A stretch of DNA of 64,000 bases from Eledone cirrhosa (taxonomy: Eukaryota), in assembly GCA_964016885.1 (NCBI GenBank), contig OZ024743.1:178250001-178314000 (forward strand), given 5' to 3'. Numbering within the stretch: the stretch's first letter is position 1; every line of letters starts with the position of its first letter. This document shows positions 1-11,947 of this stretch, piece by piece. The notes beneath the pieces are model-generated. The model was not told where the DNA came from. It saw only the letters and a program-made list of their open reading frames with translations, and searched no databases. Made by a program: the position numbers and the translations under genes.

Positions 1-124
1 GGTTGAAATGTGAGCAAGGAAGGAATTTCGCCCAGGTCTAACGGGAGGAAGAAGGGGTCTGGTCTGCGAATTCGGTAAACATAAGTTCTGTGAAATCGTA
101 GACGAGAGAGAGAAAAAATTCATA

Positions 125-161
<37 letters not shown>

Positions 162-426
162 ATGTTTCTTTTATTTGCCACTAGGGCATCAAAAGTGGGA
201 CAAGTACAAAGGGGGGAGTTTACACAAAAAGGCGTCCTCAATAAGGAGGAGGCAATAACAAAATATAAAAATAAAATAAGATATAACAAAAAATAAAATT
301 TATAACAAAATCCTCAATAGAGAGGAGGCGCCTTGGGGGGTCGCACACACCCCCGAAAAAAGTGTGCAACCCTTCTCCTCAGGAGCACAGAGAAGGGGTG
401 CTCCCTTGGTCTTTCATCTTCCTCAC

Positions 427-3400
427 CTATAGTCTGATGTAGAGTGAAGGCCCATTCACACGGGCCATTCTCGCCACTTTCACCCATCTTTCATAGAAAC
501 GGCTGGGGTGCAGCACCTCTCTCTCCATCCTGATCCTTCTTCCGAAATGATATCGGAAGAAACGGACCAGTTGTTGGCCAGAGAGAAAGGTGCCTGACCT
601 CAGTCCTTTCAGACGCGTCCACCATACAACCTCTTTCGCCATGGCTATTACGCACAGAAACACCGCCTCTGCTTCATCTTTGAAGGGGGGAGGCGGCTTG
701 ATCATTACAATAGACTCGGTGGTCAACCGGATCGGTCCCACCCTTGACAGCAGTTGTTCGACATAGCCCCACAGATCGGCTACGCCCGAGCAGTGTACCA
801 ATGCGTGTGCAACGGTTTCCTCGTCGCACACGCATCTGGGACAGATCTTTTTGGCGGGGTCCCTACCCGGGCGCCCGTGTCTGTAGAGCCTTTCTCGAAC
901 GGGTAAAGCCCCTCGGTAGCACTGCCAGGCCAGGGACTTCTGGAAGTTGTCCATAGGTCCCGGGCTGAATGTCCTACCGAACAGGCTGGCCAGTTCGTCC
1001 TCCTCCATGTCTAGGGCTTCTCCGAGGGCGTCGTCGCACCTGCTGCGTACCAGCCCTCTATAGAATGTTGCGGTGGAGTCTCCACTAATAACCGGATCCG
1101 CCTGCCAGAGGGCGGTGAGCGCCTGGGCACACTCAGTGTGCCAGGCGCCCAGTTTTCTCGGTCTTTGCTTGACCCAGGATTGCAGCTCGGTGAGTGAGAC
1201 GAGTCTGGGAAAGGTTCGTCTCACAAACGAGGCCCACACCGGTTGTCCGGTGAGGAATACGTAGAGGTGCCGTAGCCTTAATGCGTGTTTACGCATCATT
1301 AGCCACGGCATCCCCAGCCCACCTTTCGAAGGGTGTTGACAGCAGATGGATCTCCTCACCATAGGAGCCCGCCTCTTCCAAAGGAATTGGAAGAGCGCGC
1401 GCTCCATCTTGGTGAGGGTTTCCCTTGGGCAGGGCACTACGGTCAGGCGGTAGTAGAGGACGGACGCTATGTAGGTGTTCGCCACCTCCGCCCGACCTTT
1501 CAGGGATATTTTGCAACTGGCCCACTTCTGGGTCAGTGCAAACACCCTGTTCGTAACCTCCGCCCAGTTTTTCTCCACCTGGAGGTCCGGTCCGAACCAG
1601 ACCCCGAGCAACTTCACCAGGCCCTCCGTCCAGCGTCCGACGACGCCATCGGAGGGCATCGGTCTGCCCCTCCACGTGCCGAGTTGCAAACCGATCGACT
1701 TGTCCCGGTTCAGCTTAGCCCCTGTGAACTTTTCGTACTCCTCCAGTAAGGTGCCGACCGCCTCGATTTCGGAGGCCGTCGACACCATTACTGTCACGTC
1801 ATCGGCGTAGGCCGACACCGCTTTCCGCAATCCCGGTTCCAAAGGGATGCCCTGCAACAACTCCAACTTCCGCAGTAGTGGCTCGAGAGTCAACACATAC
1901 AGAAGGGAGGAGAGAGGGCACCCTTGTCGGATGGACCGCGCGATTTTGAACGGCTCCGAGAGGTAGCCGTTCACCTTGACCCTAGAGCAGATGCGGCTGC
2001 TGTGCATAGCAGTGATCCAGCCCCTGAAAACGGGTCCGAAGCCTGCAGCCGCTAGCACCGCATCCAGGTAACCATGGTCGACCCTATCGAACGCCTTAGA
2101 TTGATCCAAGTTGATCAGAGCCCCACCAAAGCCGGGTTCGTTCCCAACCCTCTCTATGATGTATCGCATGAGGTGGAGGTTGTCATGGATGGACCTGGAC
2201 GGGATAGCGCATGTCTGCGCATCTCCCACCAGGTTGCCCACGACAAGCGCCAACCTCTTTGCTAGCACCTTGGCCAAAATCTGTAACTCTGTATTTAGCA
2301 GAGTTATGGGCCTGAAGTTACTTATTTCGTCCCCCTTGTTCTCGTCCTTCCTCACTAGCGTGACTACGCCCTTGGTCACAGTACAGGGAATTCTCCCGTT
2401 CTGTTGCCAGTTGGAGTAGACCGCCTCGAGGAGATCGGGGAACAAGTCCGGTATAGCTAGATATAATTCGTAAGGAAGACCATCGAGACCCGGGGATTTG
2501 CGTTTACCGCATTGGCTCAGCACGTCCTCTATCTCAGCGGCCGAAATCGGCTCCTCGCAGGACTTCGCCTCCCTGTCCGAGAGGCGCGGCAGGCCGTCGA
2601 GGTATGGACCGAAGTCCACGTTCCCAACCGGCTCCCCGCCCCTCCCGAACAGTCGGGCAAAGTGCCTTTGAAAGGCCTCACACATCTGCTTAGGCTCAAG
2701 AATCGCCCGTCCATCCAGGTCTCGCAAAGACCGGATGGTGGATTTAGTTCCACTGTTGGCCTCTGTCACGCGGGCCCAGCTAACAGCTTTGGTCCCCTCG
2801 TTCCCTAGAGCACGTATTTTACTTCGGACAACGCAGCCTTCGTGCTTCGCGTCGAAAAACTGGCTCAAAGCCGTTCTCGACGCTAGCACTCTGGCCACGT
2901 CGCCGCTTCTAATTGCCTCTTCTACTCTATCTATTAGCTCCCTTTCCTTCCTATTCCTATCCGCAGCTAGAACCTTACTAAATTCTATCGAGACTACTCT
3001 AATCTCTCTCTTTAGAGATACCCTCCACCTGCTGTTGACGATCGCTCCAGTCAACCGTTCCTTAACTAACGTACTAATCCGATTCCTGTAGGCTCTACTT
3101 GCCGGCAAGGACAAGTTGAGCTTCCAGTAACCGGGGCCCTGTCTATGAGTTCTGTCAAGGTTGACTATGCAGGTCACTAATTTGTGGTCTGAATAGCCAA
3201 CCATGCGCATTTTTGGACAACTTAAAAAGTCCTTATCCTTAATTCTAACTAAGAACCTATCTAGGTACGACCTAGATGATCCGCTACGATTTGCCCAAGT
3301 CCAGGTTGGCGCAGTCGGAAAATCTAGTCGATATCTATCGGCCAGGTCAAATCGACCGATTAACCCTTTGAGGCTATTACACCCCTCTCTATCGGGGCAG

Positions 3401-3864
3401 GCCCCTACGTAGTCCCAGCGTGCATCTAGGATACCATTCCAGTCCCCCACTAATAGCAAGGAGCGGGACGTCCCTAGAAAAGTCTCCATACGATGGAAGA
3501 AGTCCGGCCGCATTGACCCGAAAGGGCCGTAGGCGGCTACCAACCTAAACGCTCCGCCTTTACCACTGCCAAGGTCCAGAACCACTAGTCGACCCTCCGG
3601 GTCCAAATGTACCATCTGTGTTGCGAGACCCAGATGTTTTTGCAGCAGAACGACAACTCCACCCCCACCTCCGGGCTGACAGAGAGATGCGTGCATCTCA
3701 AAGTCATCAAAGGTGGGGGCCAGCTGTCGCACGTTGCTGATCCGGGCCTCGCAAATAACCATCACATCTATACGTTGTGACCTGAGGTCATTTAGAAGCA
3801 TTGCTTGCTTCCAAGTTGAGCCCAGGCCACGCGCATTTAAACAGCCTACTCTTAGCATAGCCAT
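427..3864 (-). CDS. ORF2: APE endonuclease, reverse transcriptase and C-terminal zinc finger (about 1145 aa from ATG 3864)
   Basis: CLNARGL, GDWNG, YLDRF, SDHK (APE); KSPGLDGLP, FRPITLLN, LDQSKAFDRV, QGCPLS, YADD (RT); CPRC-x8-HALVHC; uninterrupted. Confidence 0.95.
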   Translation of the reverse strand: MAMLRVGCLNARGLGSTWKQAMLLNDLRSQRIDVMVICEARISNVRQLAPTFDDFEMHASLCQPGGGGGVVVLLQKHLGLATQMVHLDPEGRLVVLDLGSGKGGAFRLVAAYGPFGSMRPDFFHRMETFLGTSRSLLLVGDWNGILDARWDYVGACPDREGCNSLKGLIGRFDLADRYRLDFPTAPTWTWANRSGSSRSYLDRFLVRIKDKDFLSCPKMRMVGYSDHKLVTCIVNLDRTHRQGPGYWKLNLSLPASRAYRNRISTLVKERLTGAIVNSRWRVSLKREIRVVSIEFSKVLAADRNRKERELIDRVEEAIRSGDVARVLASRTALSQFFDAKHEGCVVRSKIRALGNEGTKAVSWARVTEANSGTKSTIRSLRDLDGRAILEPKQMCEAFQRHFARLFGRGGEPVGNVDFGPYLDGLPRLSDREAKSCEEPISAAEIEDVLSQCGKRKSPGLDGLPYELYLAIPDLFPDLLEAVYSNWQQNGRIPCTVTKGVVTLVRKDENKGDEISNFRPITLLNTELQILAKVLAKRLALVVGNLVGDAQTCAIPSRSIHDNLHLMRYIIERVGNEPGFGGALINLDQSKAFDRVDHGYLDAVLAAAGFGPVFRGWITAMHSSRICSRVKVNGYLSEPFKIARSIRQGCPLSSLLYVLTLEPLLRKLELLQGIPLEPGLRKAVSAYADDVTVMVSTASEIEAVGTLLEEYEKFTGAKLNRDKSIGLQLGTWRGRPMPSDGVVGRWTEGLVKLLGVWFGPDLQVEKNWAEVTNRVFALTQKWASCKISLKGRAEVANTYIASVLYYRLTVVPCPRETLTKMERALFQFLWKRRAPMVRRSICCQHPSKGGLGMPWLMMRKHALRLRHLYVFLTGQPVWASFVRRTFPRLVSLTELQSWVKQRPRKLGAWHTECAQALTALWQADPVISGDSTATFYRGLVRSRCDDALGEALDMEEDELASLFGRTFSPGPMDNFQKSLAWQCYRGALPVRERLYRHGRPGRDPAKKICPRCVCDEETVAHALVHCSGVADLWGYVEQLLSRVGPIRLTTESIVMIKPPPPFKDEAEAVFLCVIAMAKEVVWWTRLKGLRSGTFLSGQQLVRFFRYHFGRRIRMEREVLHPSRFYERWVKVARMARVNGPSLYIRL

Positions 3865-3888
3865 GTTGGTGGTGAAGAGAAAAGGCAC

Positions 3889-5690
3889 TTACCTCTCTGC
3901 GTCCCGGGTATCGGGCTGCACAATTTCCATTAGGGTGGGGGATGGGTTGTTGGTTGGGGTGGTGGTTTGTGGAAGTGTGGGGGCATCAGTGTGTTGTGTG
4001 GTTGGGGAGCTTGGAGTTGTGTGGGTGTTTGGGGAGGGGGTGGGATAGTTTTTTAGGAGAACGCGGTTAATGGGCCCGACGCAGGGGGGACCCACGTCCT
4101 CTTTAAAATTGTTTTTTAAAGTTTTATAGGTGTCCTGTGGGGCCTTAATCATTTTGAGGTGGGGGAAATCCCCTGCCTGGGTGAAGTTAGGCCCTTGTGT
4201 TTTTATTAGATTGTTGTTGTACACAATGTTTAACAGTTTTTTGTTTCTTGTATTTATGTATGTGTATGCATGTTTTTGTTTTTGTGTGGTGTTTTTTGCT
4301 TGCTGTTGTTGTGAGCTCTTTTGTGTTGGTGTCAGTGTTATGTTTTGGGGAGGGTTTTTTTTCATTTGTGTGTCTGAGGTGTGTTTTCTTTTTTTTCTTT
4401 TGATTGTGTGGAAGTGCTCCTCCTCGTCTGACGACGAACTAGGGTCATCTTCCGCGTTGGAGGGGAGGGGTATATTTTCGGGTTGTGTTTGCGGTACGGG
4501 TGTTTTGGAAATTGTTTTTGTTTTTTGAGTGGAGGGGATGGGTTGGACATTGTTTTGTTTTGGTTTGAGCTGTGGTGGTTGTTTTTGTAGTGGTAGTTGT
4601 GGTGATTGTGTTGGTTGTGCAGTTGTTGGTGGTGTAGGCAGGATTGGGGTTTTCTTATTAAGTTGGGGACAGACAGCCCTCAGGTGACCTCTGGTTCCGC
4701 AGAGGTAACACGAGGGCCGTCTACCCTCAACGGTAATGTTGATGAAGGTTAGATCATCCAGTATGACGCGTTCAGGGATCTGGGCGATCCTTTCGGGCCT
4801 CATTTGAACTACAAGTTCGAGGCTCGTTCCACTGAACGCGTCACCCGATGCCTTTCCCATGGACACCAGCATGTCATCCTCCAGGTCCAGAAAACCTGTC
4901 AAAACCCACCATATGTCCATAATCGGCAGGATGGTGTGGATTTTTATTTTTTGTGTTCTTCTACCCATGTACGTAGGGTAGAAGGTGTATGCGGTGGATG
5001 TGATTGGTTTGATGGACAGTTTCACTGCTGTGTCCCTGTCCTTCATGAGAATGGATAGACTCCCGTAGAGTCTATCCTTCTGAATGAAGGTGATGTCCTT
5101 CATGACGTCTTTTAAAACCAGCTCTATCTCGCTCTGTGATGGTTGAGCTGGTTTTTTACTTTTGTTCGAGATTGTCCTAAACATGACCGTGTTTAGGAGT
5201 CTCTGGCTTTTTAGTTCCGGGGGGGGGGGGGGGAATGGATTGTGAATGAACCATTTTCCCCCTACACTATATATTTTTTCGCATCCGCCAGTAGCTCCTT
5301 CGCTTTTGTTATATCTACTGGCAGATAGTCGAGGGTTTTCCTTGTCGTCTCGGCGAAGGAGAAATTTTGTTTGTTTGTGTTGTTGTTGTCGTTGGTGGTG
5401 TTGTTGTTATCATTGTTGTTGTTGTCACCGTTATTGGTCTTGTTGTTGTTGTTATTGTTATTGTTATTGGTGTTGTTTTCGTCCGTCGCATTGTTGTTGT
5501 TGTTGCTGTTGCTGCTGGTTCTTTGGGTTGTTGCCATGGCAACGTCAAGTTGTCGGTTAACAGGTGGAGAGAATTCTTCCTCTGGCTGACCTTTCTTCTT
5601 GACCTCTGCTACTGTGACAGTGGCAGGGGGAAGCTGTAAGTTCATCTTCCCCTTTCCTCCTTCGAATTTTGGTGAAGAAGCTTCGGCCAT
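3889..5690 (-). CDS. ORF1 (gag-like, about 600 aa) split by one frameshift near 5265-5340
   Basis: ORFs 5262..5690 (Asn-rich, FSFAE motif) and 3889..5184 (CYLCGTRGHLRAVC knuckle); the downstream frame is open back to about 5410; adding one A to the A6 run (plus-strand T 5274-5279) gives ...ADAKKIYSVGGKWFIHNPFPPPPPELKSQRLLNTVMF... Confidence 0.8.
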
Positions 5691-5931
5691 TTAAAAAAAT
5701 ATTGACTTTTCAACAAGAAAAAACTTTTTTTTGTTTAACTATTTCGCCTAAAGGCGTAGAATATTTTGAGAGACTGACCAGATCAAAGTTTGACCTGGCG
5801 GTCCCTCTACAAAATGGTACAAAAATTAAAGTTATCAGACAAGAATTTCTATAGAAATTTAAACAGAACTTACTCAGCAAGTTATACGCGTGTGTCCATC
5901 CCAGAGATAGATAGATAGATATAGATATAGA

Positions 5932-5968
<37 letters not shown>

Positions 5969-6339
5969 CAATTAAAAAATATATTAATGTATTGAACCTT
6001 GGTGGTGCTATTAAGTGAGACATGGCCTGGACCAATACTGGCCAAAGCCTATCAAAGTTATATATACATATATATATTGTTTTATTTCGGTGTGTCATGC
6101 TGCCAATAAAACACATGAACCTGTTAGATTTCACTTCAATTTATCATAAACTTCCACTCAGTTCAATAACGAAATGCTTATTTAGTTGCTGTTGATTGCC
6201 AAAGATCTTTTGTCACACTTTTTGTGACCACTTCAGTGATTACTATTGTAGCTATTTTGTGTCTCTCCTTAGGACAGATCAAAGGATAGACACAAAACAT
6301 CTTTGATACAGATGAAGTGTCTTTGTGACTTGTTGTTTG

Positions 6340-6720
6340 GCAAATGTTCTACAGTTGGATGCCCTTCCCGTCACCAGCCACTTTACAGAGTGTACTGGGT
6401 GTGTTTAACATGTAGATCATCAACACTAGGGAGATTGTCATATCTATAACACGACTGAAGAGCTCTCCTGACACCAAGTTTGGTAAGTCTATGGCTAGAT
6501 GCCTTTCCTATCACCAACCACTTTACTGTGTACTGGGTGTGTTTATCCTATCACAGATCTAAAGAGGTTGCCATGTTCCTGACACAACTGAAGAGCTCTC
6601 CTGATACTATGTTTGGCAAGTCTATGAATAGATACGTTTTCTGTCACCACCAACATTACAGAGTGTACAGGGTGTGTTTATATTATCACCAACTGTAGAG
6701 AGGTTGCCATGTTACTGACA
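6340..6720 (-). repeat. Three diverged ~135-bp tandem copies of an RTE/SINE-derived motif
   Basis: Repeated GGATGCCCTTCC..CACCAACCACTTTACAGAGTGTACTGGGTG, the reverse complement of the motif in the RTE 3'UTRs at ~55960. Confidence 0.7.
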
Positions 6721-6942
6721 CAACTACAGCAATCCTTTCTTGGCTAGCACATTACAGGGTATCATGAGTGTATGCCAACTTATGTTACATAGTAGGATTT
6801 ACTATGGTGATGAAAAAGGGATAGGCGATCTCTGATGGTATGGGACATACTCTAAAGATAACAGCTACTATATATATATGTGTGTGTGTGTGTGTGTATG
6901 TACATATGTATGTATGTATCCATGTATGTATACATACATGTA

Positions 6943-7496
6943 TACAACCTGTCGCATTATGCCGGGACACTCTTCAGTGCTACTGATAACATGTAACCCA
7001 ATACAACCTGTCGCATGGTCGGGTCGTCGGCGACTAAACCGGCAACCCCACCAAGTTTACTTGGTGAGGAGGGTGATTTTGGACACCCTGCAGGACAAAA
7101 AACAAAACCTGACAAAGGGCAGAAGAACTCATAAGGGTCAACGGCCATCTGAATGTGTGTAAATATGCATATACACATGTACCGCGTGGTTAAACCACTG
7201 GCAGTGAAGGACCCCTAGCCTTTGTCAGGGCATTCTTCTAGGAGAAGGCAACTCAGGAAACTGGGATAACTCCGATATAAAACCTGCGACTCAGTAGTTA
7301 CGGATGATGTTGATCTTTTCTTCTTTTCTGGTTATAGCTACTGTCACTCAGAGAGTGGGATTGGCTCAGTGCACAGTCTTTCCTCACTTTAAAAAATATC
7401 TTCACGCACAGGCATTGCACGATAGAATTAATTAATAATTATCAATAATGGTATATCGGGCAATGGCTATACTCGGATAACGAGGGGCAGCCATCA
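6943..7496 (+). mobile_element. Unclassified non-autonomous retroelement (RTE 5'UTR-like) in a (TATG)n tract
   Basis: GC-richer island between (TATG)n tracts; internal complementarity CCTGACAAAGG (7108) / CCTTTGTCAGG (7219); CTAGGAGAAGGCAACTC resembles RTE leader motifs. Confidence 0.45.
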
Positions 7497-7789
7497 TGTA
7501 TGTACGTATGTATGTACATATGTATGTATGTGTATGTATGTAAAATATATGTAGTAGAAGTCAGTCATTGTGATTACTTTGATAGCTAGCTTATTTGAAA
7601 AGAATAAGTGGTTGATAATATTACACATTGGTTAATCAATATATTGGTCGTATTTTAGAACCTTTAATGTTGATAACAATATCTATAATTGATTAGAATG
7701 ATTGGTTAGAAGTCCACATCAAATATATATGTGTCAGTTTTTAAGATAATAATTGTATGAATTTAGACAAAGACACATAGCACATCAAA

Positions 7790-8570
7790 GAAATGCTATA
7801 TTTCAATATAAATTGGTACAATTATTATTTACAATGCCTTTATGACTTCAATGACTTCTTTAATACAGGGTCTGAAGCATTGGCGTGTCTGAATCAGATG
7901 ACCTCTATCAATACTGGACATTGTGCTGGTAATGGTGGTCTTGAGAGATTCTATAGTGTTGTGAGGGTGATGATTGATCTCTCTTTCATCTATGCCCCAT
8001 ATGTAATAGTCCAGGGGATTGAGGTCTGGTGAGCTAAGAAGCCATGTGTCTAGAAGAACATGATCATGGAGATTGTCACACATACATGCTTGTGTCATTC
8101 TGGCCTTTTGAGAGTGTGCAGAGTCTTGTCACAAGACAAACGGTCTTCCATTACTTACCTTGACTATCAAGGGCGGTGAATTGGCAGTATCGGTAGAGGG
8201 TTGGACGCCATGCTTTCTAGCATAGTTACGTCCCTTTACAGTCTGAGTTCAAATCCGGCCGAGGTTAACTTTGCCTTTCATCCTGATGGGGTCGATAAAA
8301 TAAAGTACCAGTAATGTACTGGGTATTTGCTGGCCTTGTGCCTAAAGTAGAAACAATTACTTACCTTGACTATCCAATACTTCACAACTGTCTCCAACAC
8401 CTCTTTGTAGACGCAGAGTTGACTCTTAAGCCCTGAGAAAAGAAATGAAGAGACATGACATCTCCCTTGTTGCTGACGACACTCAGATCATCACAGTTGC
8501 TGGTGATTTGGTGTGCTTGACCATTGGAACCTCATTTGTGTATGCATAGCCATCTATCATTTCTCGCGTT
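7790..8570 (-). pseudogene. Tc1/mariner-superfamily transposase remnant
   Basis: QDSAHSQKA and WLLSSPDLNPLDYYIWG (catalytic D motifs); interrupted by a SINE. Confidence 0.8.
8171..8359 (+). mobile_element. tRNA-derived SINE (Nin-domain-like)
   Basis: A-box TGGCAGTATCGG, B-box GTTCAAATCC, body GCCTTTCATCC..GGGGTCGATAAAAT; long TSD TTACTTACCTTGACTATC on both sides. Confidence 0.88.
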
Positions 8571-8689
8571 ACCTTTGGTCCTGATCAAAGTTTTTCTCAT
8601 TATAAAATAACCAAGGAATTCTAGCAAAAAGGCAGTTATTATATGTGGTCATTGTACAGGTGCAGTAAGTAGCAACAGCCCACAGGATA

Positions 8690-9900
8690 CTAACTCCTTT
8701 AAATACATAGAGGGCTTGGTAGAAGTAGTTGATAGTTTCTGTTACCTGAGTGATCAAATTAGCAGTGGAGGTGGATGTTCCAAAAGTACTGTAGTTAGAT
8801 TGTGAATGGGATACAGAAAGTTCAGGGAACAACTACTGCTGCTAACTACAAAAGGTTTTTGCCTCTGGGTTGTCTTCATTGATTTAAAAAAAAAAACACA
8901 ATTAGTTTACATATTGAGACCCCATTATTTTATAATGTATATCAGGACGGTAGATTGGCAGTATCAGTAGAGAGTCGGACGCCATGCTTTCCAGCATAGT
9001 TACGTCCCTTTACGGTCTGAGTTCAAATCCCGCCGAGGTTAACTTTGCCTTTCATCCTTACGGGGTCGATAAAATAAAGTACCAGTAATGTACTGGGTAA
9101 TTGCTGGCCTTGTGCCAAAAGTAGAAACAATTATTTTATAATGTATGGAATTTCTAGTAATGTACTTTTTTTTGTTATGTATAATGTTTTTTAATGTATA
9201 AAGTAAATTAATTGTCACAATAATGCTACCACTTAAAATAAAATTTTGCTGGAGATAGATTAACAAAATATAATTAGCGGGGGTGAGGGTGGAGATGGAA
9301 TAAAAACGGAAAGTGGGGATTAGAAAAAATCTGAAAAACTAATAAGCAGAGGAGAATGATTATTTGAGGTCCAAGTGTAGGAGATATAATTAGCAGTGGA
9401 GGAAGGTGCTCAGAGAGCATAGTAACTAGAATAAGGGAAAGATGGAAGAGGTTTACGAAACAGCTACCTCTGTGGACTATTAACCTTTTAGCGGTTACAT
9501 TACTCTATATACACTGTTGTATTTACACAGTAAACACTTTATCTCACATAATATCGAATCTACAAGATTTTGATATTATTTATTTTGAAAACAATACCTT
9601 AACATAAGTATGAGCAGCCAGTTACAGTTGGTTTGAACAGAAACAGGTGAGAGAATTCTGGACGGATATGGCCAGTTTAAATGCTAATGGTTAAAGGGTT
9701 TTCCTTATGAAGGAAAAGCCAGCAGTAAGATGACTGTGTGCAAAGTGTGATGTTGCATGATAGTGAAACAATGGCAGTGAATGCAGGGAATATGTGAAGG
9801 CTGGAGAGAAATGAAGCAAGTATGATTCAATAGATGTGCAGTGTTAATGAAAATGAAAGACAAATCATGGATAAACTGAAAGAAAAAAGCTAACTGTATT
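8690..9900 (+). mobile_element. Nested cluster: old RTE RT fragments, a TIR element, a SINE (8945-9132) and a TTAA MITE
   Basis: Degenerate VDSFCYLSDQISSGGGCS and LERNEA motifs; the SINE has [20 protein letters not shown]; 8868-9378 is homologous to 28380-28678. Confidence 0.7.
9480..9694 (+). mobile_element. piggyBac-like MITE (TTAA TSD)
   Basis: TTAACCTTTTAGC ... GCTAATGGTTAA; homologous to 17803-18246 and 26431-26843. Confidence 0.75.
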
Positions 9901-10122
9901 ACTGAAAAAAAAAAAAAGGAATATTGGGGCTTGTAATTAGGTTAATTTGATTCCTAATCAATTATACAATGACTCTTTCTGTAACTTTCATGACCTGGGC
10001 TATCGACGGAGCCATAGTTGACACCAACTTGCACTCTAAACTCCACATTATAGTCATTATTAATTTTAACCTTGCTGCTTGCACCTCTGTACAAGCAGGG
10101 AAAAGCAGACGTAAAATGAATG

Positions 10123-10163
<41 letters not shown>

Positions 10164-10168
<5 letters not shown>

Positions 10169-11947
10169 TATCTATCGGACCAATTCCAAATCATGCGTTC
10201 CATCCATCGGGGATGCCCTCTCTCCTTCATTCTGTAGGTACTGGCTCTCGAGCCATTACTGCGGAAGTTGGAGCTGTTGCAGGGCATCCCGATCGAACCA
10301 GGACTGCGGAAAGCAGCGCTGGCCTATGCCGACGACATAACCGTAATGGTGTCAAACACCTCGGAAATCGCGGTAATTGGCAGCCTATTACAGTAATACG
10401 AAACGTTGACAGGAGCAAGACTAAACCCAAACAAGTCTGTCGGTTTGCAACTCGGCACATGGAGAGGCAAACCCATGCCTTCCGACAGTGTCGTTGGACG
10501 CTGGACGGAAGGACCGGTGAAATTGTTCAGGGTCTGGTTTGGTCCAGACCTCCAGGTGGAAAAGAACTGGAATGAGGTCATGGCGAAGGTGTTTGCACTT
10601 ACCCAGAAGTGGGCTGAGTGCAAATTCTCCTTGACAGGTTGAGCGGAGGTGGCGAACACTTACATAGTGTCTGTCATCTACTTCCGCTTGACAATCATGC
10701 ATTGTCCCCACGAATACCTCACCAAATTGGAACGCCTACTTTTCAAGTTCCTCTGGAAGAAACAGGCTCCATTGGTGAGAGATCCATCTGCTGTCAACAC
10801 CCTTCTAACAGAGGGCTGGGCATGCCGTGGCTGATGATGTGCAAACACGCGCTGAGGCTACGCCATCTCCAGGTATTCCTGACCAGTGAACCGGTGTGGC
10901 TGTCGTTTCTGAGACAAGCTCTTCCACAACTCATCTCACTAACAGAGCTGCAGTCCTGGGTCAAGCGAAGACCAAAAATGGGTGCCTGGCACCTCTGGTG
11001 CCTTCAGGCGCACACAGCCCTCTACCAAGCGGAAACGGCAATCAGCGGAGACTCCACTTTGACATTCTATAGGGGATTAGTGGGGGATGAGTGCGACGAC
11101 GTTCTCGGGGAAACTCTAGACATCGAGGAGGACGAACTGACCAGTCCGTTTGGGAGGACTTTCCGTCCAGGGCCTATGGATAACTTCCAGAGGTCTCTGG
11201 CCTGGCAGTGCTACCAAGGAGCTCTACCAGTTCGAGACAAAATCTACAGGCACGGACGCCCTGGCAGAGATCCTGCCAAAAGGACCTGTCCAAGATGCGA
11301 GCAGGAGATCAAAACCGTTCTGCACACAATTGTTCAGTGCCCAGGGGTGACAGACCTGTGGAATTATGTCGAACAGCTACTGTCACGTGTGGGACGCATC
11401 CAGTTGTCATCCGAGTCCACCGTGAGGAACAACCCGCCACCTTCATTTAAGAATGAAGGAGAGGCGGTTTTCCTCTGTCTGGTGGCTATGGTAAAAGAGA
11501 TAATATGGTGGATTAGGTTAAAAGGACTGAGGGCAAACACCTTTCTCTCCGGACAACAACTTATCCCCTTCTTTAAGTACCACTTCAGAAGGAAGGTGAG
11601 AGTGGAGAGAGAGGTGCTACACCCCAGTAAATTCGCTGAAAGGTGGGAGAATGTGGCGAAAATGGCCCGAGGGAATGGGCCTTCTCTGTATATAAATCTG
11701 TAGGTTGAGGAAGATAAACAGGGGGAAGACGGGAACACGTACAAAACGTGTTCCTGGTGTTGAGGGTTGTTCTATTCACGGGGTGTAAAACAACCCTGCA
11801 GTAACGTTCCCCCCTACTGGGGATTTCAATTGTTATTTTATAATATATAATTTATTGTTATTTATTAATGTTAAAGTTATTTTTATGTAAAACCCCCGTC
11901 GTCACATCTTGTAATGTCCCATTTTTGTACGCCCATGTGGCAAATAA

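Larger units (their letters stand above)
164..5904 (-). mobile_element. Near full-length Tx1/L1-clade non-LTR retrotransposon
   Basis: 5'UTR, ORF1 (CCHC knuckle), ORF2 (APE-RT-Zn finger) and 3'UTR ending TGGCAAATAAAAGA; (GATA)n/(TA)n on both sides with AGATAGATAGATAT on each flank. Confidence 0.93.

Noticed and set aside
8171-8270. tRNA genes at SINE heads
   Set aside because: A/B boxes are present but there is no cloverleaf; they continue into SINE bodies with TSDs
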